From Sphaeroforma arctica JP610 (Eukaryota): DNA of 36,832 nt. Shown in pieces: positions 1 through 14,500 of this stretch. The DNA is taken from the NCBI RefSeq assembly GCF_001186125.1, contig NW_014040348.1:43690-80521 (forward strand). The letters are read 5' to 3'. Under the pieces are notes generated by a model. It searched no databases, had not been told where the DNA came from, and saw only the letters and a program-made list of their open reading frames with translations. Position 1 is the stretch's first letter. Each line of letters begins with the position of its first letter. The translations under genes and the position numbers were made by a program.

Positions 1-35
1 GAGGTGAAACAGCCAATGCTGGGAGATTTTCAAAA

Positions 36-49
36 TATATATATATAAA

Positions 50-84
<35 letters not shown>

Positions 85-111
85 CATATACATACATACA
101 TATACATATAT
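36..111. repeat. (TA)n/(TACA)n microsatellite
   Basis: Directly visible di- and tetranucleotide runs. Confidence 0.95.
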
Positions 112-1679
112 GGTAAATCTTAGGATTGTTGACGGATAGGTATGAATAAACTCGTTGCTTAGTATCAAGTAAAAGCGTATGGATAAACCTTATGGAATAA
201 CATGAATATGTGATAGCTATTCCCCACCTCATGGGCAAACCTTGCAAGAAAGTGCACTTGTTTCACTTGTTTGGTCGCTAAAAACAACAGAGGAATGGTA
301 TAAGCGTGTTCCCCTAAATAAACATCGAATACATCCATACCATTCCCTCTAAGAATTATGCATCATCGCACTTAACATCGTTTCGCATCACTTTTACTGA
401 GCGACTGAGATATTTTTTGCGTTGTCTGACTTATCAAATACACCAGAAAAGAAGCAAAAGCTCTCCCAACCGACAATGGCTTTAAACGTTGATGAGAAGC
501 AAATCTCGCCCCATTTATAAAACCCGTCTGTAATCCATTGTTTACTCAAAATTTTAACTAGTGAGAATGCTGTTTATATAGTGCTGTGCAAGTGACATTT
601 TAGTACGCCGGGCTCAGAGCCTGGCTAGCATCGAACGGTTCGTTTCCAGAGGACGTATGAAGTGGATCTTTTATACAATAGAAATATATCCAAAATGTCA
701 AGACAAAATACTCCCATAACTGGCCACCCTTTAACTCACACTTCAACTCACACAGTGCAGTCCATACAGTATCGAATTGTGCAACACCACACAGGACAAT
801 AAAAAAATGCTTCAGCTCCTGATATTACCTCGTCGCAGGTATCCAAACTGCGCTTTGTCGCCACGATGTCTACTGCTATTATGCGTTGGTTGTTAAGCCA
901 ACGTTTAAACTACTTGGGTTGTTTTGGTTAGTTCTAGTATGTCGTTGCATCATAGTATGATAGTACTACTTGATAATATTCAATACGTTCGAGTTATGTA
1001 TTTAAATTGAGGTTATATCCGGCAAAGCTTCTCGGATCTCTACAATTAATCGCCTCTATTCGGTTTGTAACTATGGATGAACAAAAAGTCATAACACCTA
1101 CAAATATATTTGACAGAAATAGAATCAATTTAATTGAATGAGAGCCCGGAATTGCTCTGTGGACGCGGGAAAATCAAAAGGGCCTTTCGGCGAGTGGCCG
1201 GGTGACTTGCTCAGCTTTTTTAACAATATAAAAAATATTAATATATTTTATGTTTCGGGGTTTTTCGGGGGGGGGGGGGGGGGGGGGGGGTCTGCTAATG
1301 ATTTGAGGGGTATACTAAACCTTATACCCTAAAAGTTAACGTTTATTTTCTATTTTTTTAAAATAAAAGGACAAAATGTGTACTTTGGTGTGGGGTGACG
1401 ACGAGAGTTTAAAAAAACTCTTGAGAGTAGTGGAACGTATTAACCGATAAAAACATTAGCTTTAGACTTTAGAGAGGGATATTTCATTTTTACCAGAACT
1501 TTAGAAGGACGCCTCACATCATGAGTCACAGGCTCACAGCCCTCACTTCATCAGACAAAAACCCAGCGCAAAAGACTATCACACTCAAAACACGGAAATC
1601 AGTAAACAGTACGAGATATACATATATTCAGTAGTCAGCTGTTGGTGTAGTTACTCTCACAGCCTACATAATAATAAAA

Positions 1680-3669
<1,990 letters not shown>

Positions 3670-4605
3670 ATAAACTAGTAAACATATCTGTAGCTAAGCA
3701 TCCATCGGTTCTTATGAGCTACCAGGTTCACCAACCAGACTCTGATTGTGAAATGCTTCCCACCAATGAAGTTGCTGTGCACTTCAGCTTGTGACCACTG
3801 GCCAACAATAGTGACTACAGCGAATATGTTTGAGGGCTATGTCGACGCCGGCTCACACCACAGTAGGTACCAACAAAAGAGTACTGGTGCCCTCTGGACG
3901 TTGCCCAATTTTTAATCTGTCTGTATATCTGCTTGATAGCTGATGTCATCTTTCCGGCTTCCCATGTCCGTCAACAAACCATAACCATTTTGTAGATCCC
4001 TATTCTGGATAGAAGTAAACATGCCTGATAGTGTCGACGATCACAGCCAATGAATGTTTCATAGCGAATTATGAACACGGGATTCAAATTAGTCAGAGGG
4101 TCCCGAAACTTCGTTCACATTTACATTTAAATTTGTAGAAATTAGAAAGTGGGACTACGCACCCCCAGGCTGAAATCGCTTGTAGCGATCGAAGGAGGAA
4201 TGCGATGCACTGAAGTCTGCTAAATATGTTGACAGCATCGCCAGTCTCTGAAATAGTTTACAAAGCGTCGCCAAGCACTTGCTTGGTAGTTAGACGACTT
4301 CCACCACAATCTCGCAACATACAAATTTGAATCATGTGTCTAGTTTGGTTCATAAAGTTTTGAATGTCTGAAGGCTTTTAGAAATATATTGTTGCGGTAC
4401 AAACGTGGTGGGTGCACATCTGCTGTTCAGTGAGGACAAAGGCTACAGTGAGAGCCCATAAAAAGTTTTTGCCATATTGAGAATATGCACTTCAAAAAAC
4501 AAAAATACGACGAATGGTTGCGTTATGTGTTGTAGGTGAAACAATTGCGCTCTCATAGTCACATTCCAAAAGGATTTTGATCAACTCAGCTAAGCCAATT
4601 ATTTA

Positions 4606-7600
4606 TTATACGTCAATTTCCTGGACGGAGTCATGCATTTTATCGGAGTCACGCGACCGACTTGACCTGTGCGCCAATTTATGACACGACTGACCAGTTT
4701 TCCATACTAGCTCCTCTCTGAAGTTCACAACCTTTTTCTTGCAAGCCTTAACGTGTTTCTCACAAAAGTTAACAGCATGCTTGGGCTCATATTCCACCAC
4801 CTTCGCACACTTCTCATTCAATCGTCCTTCTTTGTTATGTACTAACCATAAGCGTGAATACCGAGACATGACATCGTCACTGACGACTGTACCGCTACCC
4901 CCTACCACGCTATCATATTCGACATCCTCAATCCTGAACATCGGCGGCACTGTCTCTCTGGCAGTATTGATCTCGGCAAACAAAAGATTTTGCTTCTCAT
5001 GCCTGTAGCGTTTGTCGAGCTCTCGCAACCGTTTCCTGCCTGGATGTTGCTTCCACGCGGGGCTCTGTGCGGGACACGTGTACACCAGCAGGAGGGTGGA
5101 GTGCTGGGGATTGCTGATAAAGTCACAGAACGACTTCTCAAACAGGGTTACAGGGCCGTACTTACGCTTGGGAAGAGCCTCCTCAGTACCTGGTTTGCAG
5201 ACTTTAGCGCGACCAGTGACACGCTCAAAGTACACCAGATGGTCGACGATGTTTAGTTTGTAGAAGGGAACGCCATTGAGGGGCTTGACTTTCAGTTCGG
5301 ATCTGTTCATCTTGTCTGTCAAATGTACGTTGTTTTGGTTCGTCTTGATCAGCTTCGCCTCCTTCCCTTTGATTTGATACGTGAACCATAGCTGTTTCCC
5401 TATATGAGTATACCCGGTAGCTCGTACCGGCAGATGAGGTACTACATCATAGTTGTTCACGATTCTAAAGAAGTGAGGCACATGCTTGTCGAAATACGCA
5501 GCCCACTTTCCATTGCCAGTTCTGGGCTGTCCAAAGGTATACCCCGCCACCTCGATACCTATGAGCGCGAGTTTCAGCGCACAGTACGTTGCCAGTGCTC
5601 CCCCGAGAGAATGCCCAGTAACACACACCAAATGGTCTGGATACAACCCCTTCAGTCGCACAACCTCCTCCAGCGCTTCATCCGCGATACTCGCAAACGT
5701 ATTCCAGAAACCCAGGTGCACAAACGCGTCTCGCGGAGCCTCATCAAAGCCCACCGACCGCGCACTCCAGTACACAGCCTTGAAATTATTCCCCCAGTTG
5801 GTCTTGCTTTTAGTGCCACGGAATGAGCAAATAATCAGATTGCGGTCGTCGCTCTGCACACCCACGAAGCCACTCGCATCGTACTTGACATCAGATACTC
5901 GTTTGGTGGCCTCGAAGTCAGGCGGTAGAGATTCATCGCACCCACACACCACACAGCTGCCCGAGTGCAGAGGGCAGTAGGCCGAAGTTGTGTATCTGTA
6001 TGATAGCAGATGATTCAAATTTGAGCAATGAGACTGCGTACAGTAATGCATCGCATACTATAAGACCACTATGTCGCAACACACATGCCGTGCTTGGACC
6101 TTGTATGTAGCTGACCTTATATGTAGCTGGTAGAGACAAGAAAATAATTATTATGCGCACGCGCGGTATATGCGACAGAACAACTCTCGAGAATATAGAA
6201 AAAACCAATACAGCTTAGTTTTTTTGTCTACCAATAATATACATCACCCTCGCATATTCAGGCACATGCTTGTAATCCTAATAAATTAGATATGTACTCA
6301 GTCATACTGACGGAGACAACAAATTTGTATCAACCCTTTGGGTTGCTAAGCGTTGTCTATAATATTGTGGTGTATGCGCCGCTGTACAGATGGCGCGGCG
6401 TGTTCGGCAGACCTAGATTCACAATCTCGGATGCGTATACCACAAGCACTCACTTGTATTCAATCTTTAACAATTCAATTTCAACACCAATCGTTCCACA
6501 TACTCGCCACTGTCTAGCACGATTTCGATTTTACAAACACAGGAGCACAACCCAGCTGACCGCCGATATCCAACTGAAACAGATGTCATGCGTACACAAA
6601 TCTGTTCGATGTCGCGAACATGATCTGACTATGTGAGATATGTATCGGCTTCTAAGCAGCGCTCACTAAGCAAGTAGTCCGCTCGCAGAACTTATATAAC
6701 GCTATGTTGTCCGCACATTCTAAAACGATACTTAAGAGACACTAGAACTTCTGCGCAATATACCCTTGTCAAATCAAATGCCCCCGTTCAATACTCGTCA
6801 CATCATTACAAATACACACAACACTCTCCAATAACGCCGTCATTAACACGTACACACACATACCTGACTAGCAACTCAACCAGTTCTGGGTCATATTCGG
6901 TTGGGTAGTCAATCTCGGTGCTCTCCGCTGGCAGAGACGAACTATCTGACAGCGAGGCCTCTGAGCTTGTGCTCGACAGCTGGTCAACATCAACGACAGT
7001 ATTCGTTACTGCATCTTCAGCAAGCACCACATCGACAGCGTACTTTGCAGGTTTGTTAGCCTTACTTCGAATTCTCTCACATTTCGTTGTGCGAATAGGT
7101 GCCTGAGATTCCTGTACAGGCACGGTTTGTTGGGCTTGACCTTTGTTTTCTTTGCTAGGATCATACGCAGTGGAAGGATTTGCTTTTGAGTCTGAAAGAC
7201 TCCCTTTCGAGTCAGTGTGTATTAATGCGATAGCATCCTGTATCTTATCTATAGATGCCTCTGTGATATCCTTCCCAGTAGCCTTTGTATGGTGCACTAT
7301 AGACTTCCCAGTCTTAGCAGTAAATGACAATAGATCTTTGCCGCTAGATGCCGCACACTTCATCACCCCAGAAGACATGCGCTTTGCTTTGCTTACGGGT
7401 TCGGTCATGTGGATTGTATCGCTGGCAGTGCTAGCAGCCGAGGCAGTATCCGACAGCAGATCCGAGGATAGTTCTTTGACCATATACATTGGTGTTTTAC
7501 TGGACATTAGACTCGCTTTGAGGAAGCTGGGTATGCCCCCAATGGCATTGGTAATAGTACAGTCATCGCTCGATTTGGCACACCGCTTCATGTTCTTCAA

Positions 7601-8056
7601 GGTACGCAAGGACTTGATACAGCACTGTCTACTGCGCACATTACATTGGTAGGTCTCAAAGGTCTCAAAGTACTTGTCCATAACCACCTCCTGTTCTCGT
7701 ATGATGTCGTCTTTATTGACAACACCCTCGACAGCCTCTTTTTTGGTAGTAGTATATTCGGTTAGTTGAGTGTGTGTAGCTTGGACATCTAAGCTTGGTT
7801 CCAAGCTCTCGTCCTCTATGGAGAAGTCTGACGGGGTGTCCTCAAAGTTGTTCACATGCACAGCAGTAGCTAAGAGATCGAGCTTCGCGGTACTTTCAGC
7901 CGAGTCTGAATCTGAATCGCTCCCATAATCTTCAACATCATGGTCACCATCTGAAATAGAGAGGGCATCGTCCGCAACAATTGAACCTCCCTCTTGGGCG
8001 GGTTCACCTTGAGTGGCATTTTGTGTACCTATGGCAGGTCTATCGTTTATCGCCAT
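4606..8056 (-). CDS. Class-3 (fungal-type) triacylglycerol lipase, predicted 860 aa, join(8056..6864, 5995..4606), with a long acidic/Ser-rich N-terminus and a C-terminal thioredoxin-like domain
   Basis: Lipase_3 motifs: SAYC, IICSFRGT, FVHLGFW, VCVTGHSLGGALA (nucleophile elbow, about 5599-5616), YTFGQPRTGN, RIVNNYDVVPHLP (Asp) and DHLVYF (His). The 416-aa ORF has a phase-2 donor AG|GTATGT at 6864/6863 matching a phase-2 acceptor CAG|A at 5996/5995. The join gives YDPELVELLVR-YTTSAYC, the typical first helix of this family. Confidence 0.85.
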
Positions 8057-10597
8057 AATTCAGACGTGTACGATAGTCATTGACGGTAGCGGATGAATAA
8101 TGGTCGCGTTGGTCTGCTCTATGCAGCTCACTTTTGAACTCGGTGATTGTGCATTCAACACTACTATATACATTCATATGTACAATTGAACCAACTTCCG
8201 TGTGGCTTTTATCTATTTACCTCAGTACATATTTACCAGCTCGTTTCGCGAATCGGGTTGTTTTGGAGTTTTTGTCGTTTTTTAGAAAGAAAACGTTTAT
8301 GCTATTATGCTATTTTTATTTTAGTATTTATGTATTTACATACATATAAACAGACTGTATTTATTTATTTTTATAAAAAATAGCAATTTAGAGGACTAAT
8401 ACGCCCTTTTTTTATAAAAAACAACAACAACTGCAGTCTAGTTGTGTGTAAATACTAAATAGAGGTGGGTTAAAAAATAAATATACCCCTGCAGGACTTT
8501 TTATTCACACGGTAAAATTGAAAGGATGGTACGTATTTTTACAATCTGGGTACGTTTTTGTATACATTCTAATTTCGAGAGGATTTGAAAAAAATTGATT
8601 TATATTTGCATATGGTAATTGTTCTTTTTATTGCATATACAAACATGCTTTGGCGGGATTCTGGAGTCGCGTGTCTTCCCATGCTTTCTAAATTGAACTA
8701 CAAAGTACATAGTGAAAATAGCGATTTCGACTTTCAATTCTTCATACATAACTTTAAAATAAAATAAAAAACATTCTAGCTTAGCTAGTCACCTAAACAA
8801 GACAAAGGCGTGTAGAGTTCCAGAATAAGTGACTGAGTAACAAGTATTACCTGTACCATAGTCTGTACAGACTATGTACAGGCTTACTGTACAGTGTACA
8901 TAGTAAAAAATGAATAAATATATGTACACCTATTATCACTGCCATGTATTTGATCTTCAAACCACCCCTTAACTTATTTGCGACCTCATATTCGGTCAAT
9001 TGAAACATTTTCATAAAACTCTGACATTGAAAACGTAAATACCAGGAAAGCTGAGGGGGTAACTAATTAGTTTATTCTCCCCAGGGGGTTGTCTACTATA
9101 TACACATAGTGGAGGCAAACTCCTGATTTCATGTGTGTAAATTTTCTCATGACCCTTTGGCCTGGCCTCTGGCCTCTGCGGGCCTCATATTTACACAGTG
9201 CACTCTGCAGTCTGCACTCTGCACTGTCTGCAGTTCTGCACTCCGCAGTGGGAGGGGTCCCTAATCCCAATTCCCACACTCCCAATCTCCTGAGAGGCTG
9301 AGAAGGGGGATCGATGTTTTCCGAGAGAGCCCCGCGGCCACACTTTATTTTACATCCTCAACAATTGGTTTTTAAAAACAAAAAACAAAAAGTAAAACAA
9401 ATGTCTTTTTTACGTTCAAACCATAGCCTTCTTAAAAAACAAATATTTAAACGTAAAAAAAAAATTGATCATTTTTGAATATACGTTCAACGGTTTTTTG
9501 GATTGAATTTAGGAATGTACAAATAATAAATATTAGAGCAGGACGGAGCAATCATTCTTATCATCTGTTGTATGTAACTATGAGTATGTATGTATTATAT
9601 ATATATATATATATATGTATCATTAAAATTCCATTTCATCACTTTCCGGAATTTGAATCGAGCTGTCGGCATAGGTGAATTTATTGCATTCTGCGTGGTA
9701 GACAAGGTCTATCAGATAAATGTCGATTCGACTGCCAACAGAGTTGTGGGCGCATGTCTTCAATTGGTACGTTTTTACCAGTAAGGCTACTAGGCATACA
9801 ACTATGGTGTCGCTGCAACGTATCTGGTAGAGCGTGACTTGTATCAATTGCGTGTAGACCTCTAGTTGCACTTTTTGTAAACTGTTCTCACTTGATAGGT
9901 CTCTAAACAACTGACAACTGAACCGTGGGCGCATGTTTCAACTGATAGGTACCCAGCGTCGCAGCATTGCATCTCGAACGGAGTTATTTAGTAAAAACTC
10001 CAGATGCCTTTAGACCTCTAGGTGTATATGATGTAGCGGGGGTGCTACATGCATACAGTGCACAGTTCATTCACAGATTACCCGGATGTAGATATATTTT
10101 TATTAATAAAGGTTTTCTTAGAGACATACTTAACTTTACCAGGCACGAAATACAATTATTATTGATTCACATTGTGCGAATTTACCCGTAGCTAATATAT
10201 TAAGACAATACGGTACACCACAAATGATCTCTTGAATCAATCGGATATAGGCCTACGCTTACGGCACGCCTACAAGGGCTTCTTTTCGTGTTTCAGTGTG
10301 ACAGATCATATCTTCATTGTGCAGTTGAACCACCTATACAACATTATATCAAAATATCGATCGGTCGTTCTATCTGAGCGATATCATAGTAATAGCTTCA
10401 TAGCGTTCAATATTAATCAGTCAGCACATACACAATTGCGTGCACTATCGCACACACACTAATATATGCACATTCGCAAATGGCTGCTTTTCTTAATACA
10501 TTTCGTTGGGCCGAGTGCGTCGCGACTCTTGGTTGGCGGGGTTTAGCACGCGTCTAAAGCACCGGCTGAGCCCTTAATACACCAGTAGTAGAACTCT

Positions 10598-11300
10598 TGA
10601 TGTTAATTCGCCACACAAACTTCGTACATTGCAAGTATGCGACAGTTTTCATATCATGTCATTCAGGTACCGAGATCATTATTCATCTGTCAGGTACCGA
10701 GATCATTATTCATCTGTTTCATCGTCGTCTGAGCAATTCCAGATAATATACACCCTCACACGCTTCTCTATCCATTCCTCGTACTAGTTTTCGATTCTAT
10801 ACACATATATACCACCTAGCTAGCATGGCATATACCTATCCCAAATAGGCTGGGTTCAGAGTTGGCTCTACTGCGAGTCTGAGCGCAAGATTGGTGGCAG
10901 TTAACTAACGCTATTACAAGCTGAAAAATCATACATGAACATATTAAGGGCGCGAAACCAGTGTAATTTTCTACACCGAATGTTGTCGCAAATACAAAAT
11001 CACCCACGAGCATCGTTATGCTCTCCCAAAGATTCTCAATACACTGTTAGCCTGAATACGAGCTTAACACTCAGCAGTATACTGGCATGCTGCCTATCCA
11101 GCATCCTACACAAGTGAATAGTGCGGTCCAGAGACGCGGGTCAACTACGAGTCGATAGGACCCGAACCCAGTATAAACGAAAATACACCAATTGAGCTCA
11201 TTCTGTTTATTTCGACTACACCTGCTAATGTGAGCCATTGCGCACTAAAATTAACATGATAAAAATTAGCCCGCATAAGTATAATCAATTCATTATATGT

Positions 11301-11363
<63 letters not shown>

Positions 11364-11458
11364 CACACACACACACACACACACNNNNNNNNNNNNNNNN
11401 NNNNAACANACANACACAACAAACACAACTTACACANACACACACACACACACAACAC

Positions 11459-11534
<76 letters not shown>

Positions 11535-14500
11535 GGGCCCAATATATATTCTCACTCAGTTCATCTCCACATATTTTCATACACATAGTCTGGACCCAGA
11601 GACGCGACTGAAATGCGGTTCTGTGTGCACGGCATGGCAACGGCTGAGCCGCCAGTCGGATGGGGGCTACTGGCGTAGTGTGGTGCTTTCAACTATGAAA
11701 GGTAGTCTGATCGAGAAGGAAGCGATACCTTCATGGCGCGCCCTGTATATCCGTTCAGGTATCCCAAGACTGATAAATGTGGGCGGTTGAGGTTGTAGGC
11801 ACAAATACACACGGCATGGCTGAGAAATGTGGGTGGAGGGTGTAAGTGTATATCATATTAGTGAGCACTTCTCTAGTATGGTCTTACTCGGCCCTTAACA
11901 CATACTGTGTGCCCGTATACCCGTACTTCTGCACAGAGTTACGAGAATTGTGTGTACATAGGAAACGTGCGTATACACAAATGTGTATATAATCACGCAC
12001 ACACTCAGAGGTACGGCACGGACGTACATACATATGTTCTCAAGACATATACACACCATAGACACTTACACGTACACACATATAAACAGTGAGATGCGTG
12101 GACATGTCCTTTGCTCACAACACAAAATGAAAACCTATTTACGGTGTTGCTGTACAACGCTACCACTTCAGATGGTACCGGAATACACACACACACATAC
12201 TCAGAAAACAATATACACACGCTATCTATGATACCAGCTCTGTGTATACATATCTTGCATTTCCTCTCCCCCGCCCATAATAGAGTACTGCCGACGGTTG
12301 ATGAGCCATGTGCGCTACTGCTGTATCCCCTGTATCGAGACAGCGGCAATTGCTTGCGAAAGTTTTCTGAATCATGACAACCTGACGAAATGCCATTTTG
12401 AACCGCTTCTAATCCAGCCAACTCACTGTCCTATCGGCGAGGTATTCGCATCAACCTGATGTAGAATTGCACTTATAGGCCAACTAGTTTCTGTTGGTAG
12501 CCAACCATGTCCACGAACTATTGTCGGATAGCGTTCCATATTGGTGGTGACAGAACCCAACAGTTTCGTGACATACCGACTCACTCCTATGGCGTATACT
12601 GTGGTCAATGTTAAGTGGTAGTGTACTTCGATAGTTCGCGTCTGAGATATTTGTTTTATGCACCACATGCTGGAGGACAGTAGCCCTCAAATACATTACT
12701 GGCACTAGAAGCCAGGAGATCTTAGTGGGTTTATTGTCCAACAGTCGGTGTTCTGTCGCATTTGCCGAGTAGGTCACTAGGTCACCATAAGGCGCATCAT
12801 GACCAGGGCATGTGGTCGGTGCTGCGTTTTTAGATTTTGTATTCTATACCTGAACACCCGAGAACATTTGTCTGCACCATAGTAGCAAGGTATTTTTGCG
12901 CTTCGTGTGTCGATATTGGAGGATCTAGCGCTCGCATACGCTCTTAACACATCACGACGAGTGCAGAACGCACCTTCTGATTGGGGTTGCTGTAGGTAGT
13001 CATGAACAGTTGTTTGTATATAAGCTGGACAAGGTGAAGTAGTTCCTAGTACCTGTTATCTTATTCGAGGACACTTGCACTGAAACAACGGCTGAGGAAC
13101 ATCCATCGACGGCCACCTAACCACTGAATCACACATATTTATTCCACCCCTATGTCCCGCAGCCATGTGTCTCCATGTAACCACTGTATTACACATATAT
13201 CCCCTCCCTTCCCTTTGCAATATCCCGCAGTCATGTGTCTTCGTATAACCACTGTATTACACATATATCCCCTCCCTTCCCATTGCAATGTCCCGCAGTC
13301 ATGTGTCTCCATATAATCACTGTATTACACATATACCCCCTCCATTCCCATTGCAATATCTCGTAGTTATAATGTGTCTCCATATAACCACTGTATTACA
13401 CATATATTCCCTCTCTTCCCATTGCAATATCTCGTAGTTATAATGTGTCTCCATATAACCACTGTATTACACATATATTCCTTCTCTTCCCATTGCAATA
13501 TCTCGTAGTTATAATGTGTCTCCATATAACCACTGTATTACACATATATCCCCTCCCTTCCCAGTGCAATATCTCGTAGTTATAATGTGTCTCCATGTAA
13601 CCACTGTATTACACATATATCCCCTCCATTCCCATTGCAATGTCCCGCAGTCATGTGTCTCCATATAACCATTGTATTACACATATATCCCCTCCATTCC
13701 CATTGCAATATCTCGTAGTTATAATGTGCCTCCATATAACCCCTGTATTTCACATATATCCCCTCCCTTCCCATTGCAATGTCCCGTAGTTATAATGTGT
13801 CTCCATATAACCACTGTATTACACATATATCCCCTCCATTCCCATTGCAATATCTCGTAGTTATAATGTGTCTCCATATATCCACTGTATTACACATATG
13901 TCCCCTCCCTTCCCATTGCAATGTCCCGCAGTTATAATGTGTCTCCATCTTCCCCCACTCGTATCAGAATGTTTCGCGTGAGATCACCACCGGTCACAGA
14001 CAGACGATCAGACACTTCCAGCGCAGTCAAGAGCACGAGAATGAAATCGCAAGGGGTGCAAAAGCGAAGAGTGTACTTGGAAGCATACCGCGCCAACAGG
14101 TACAGTCCAGGCTACAACCACATGTGTGAGTATTGATTTGCGCCACATCTACGTAGTGCTGGCTGGCTCTGTTCACATTGAATTGGGGACTGCGCTACTT
14201 GCTCGAAGTGGATCAGATGCGAATTTTCATCCGGAAATTGGCGTACATTTGTGATATATGTATGCTGCTGGGGGGTTTATCGTCGTCTATATTCATTTTC
14301 TGAAGCGGCTGTGGCTGCGTTCATCGTTCTCACGCTAAACATCCTGTGGATCAGAATGATTCTCCCGACCTAAGGACTCGACAACACGTAGTCCATGCCG
14401 TTAACATCACCCCCACTTCTAAACCCTCGCAGGCGTGCCTACTACCGGCACAATCCCCGTACGTCTTCGATCGCGAGGTCGCCATGCTTTGCGCAGATCT

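Noticed and set aside
1267..1290. Poly-G run as a G-quadruplex regulatory element
   Set aside because: It is a simple homopolymer, possibly a sequencing artefact, with no supporting context.
4739..5980. Plus-strand ORFs overlapping the lipase, and similar antisense ORFs over gag/pol and the channel
   Set aside because: They are antisense shadows of real coding sequence and carry no motifs.
9623..10200. Degenerate Cys-containing coding remnant on the minus strand (two TCAH.SV-like segments)
   Set aside because: It has many stops and no recognisable family, so I cannot support a call.
13160..13948. CRISPR-like regular array
   Set aside because: There are no unique spacers (whole units repeat), the context is eukaryotic and no cas genes are present.
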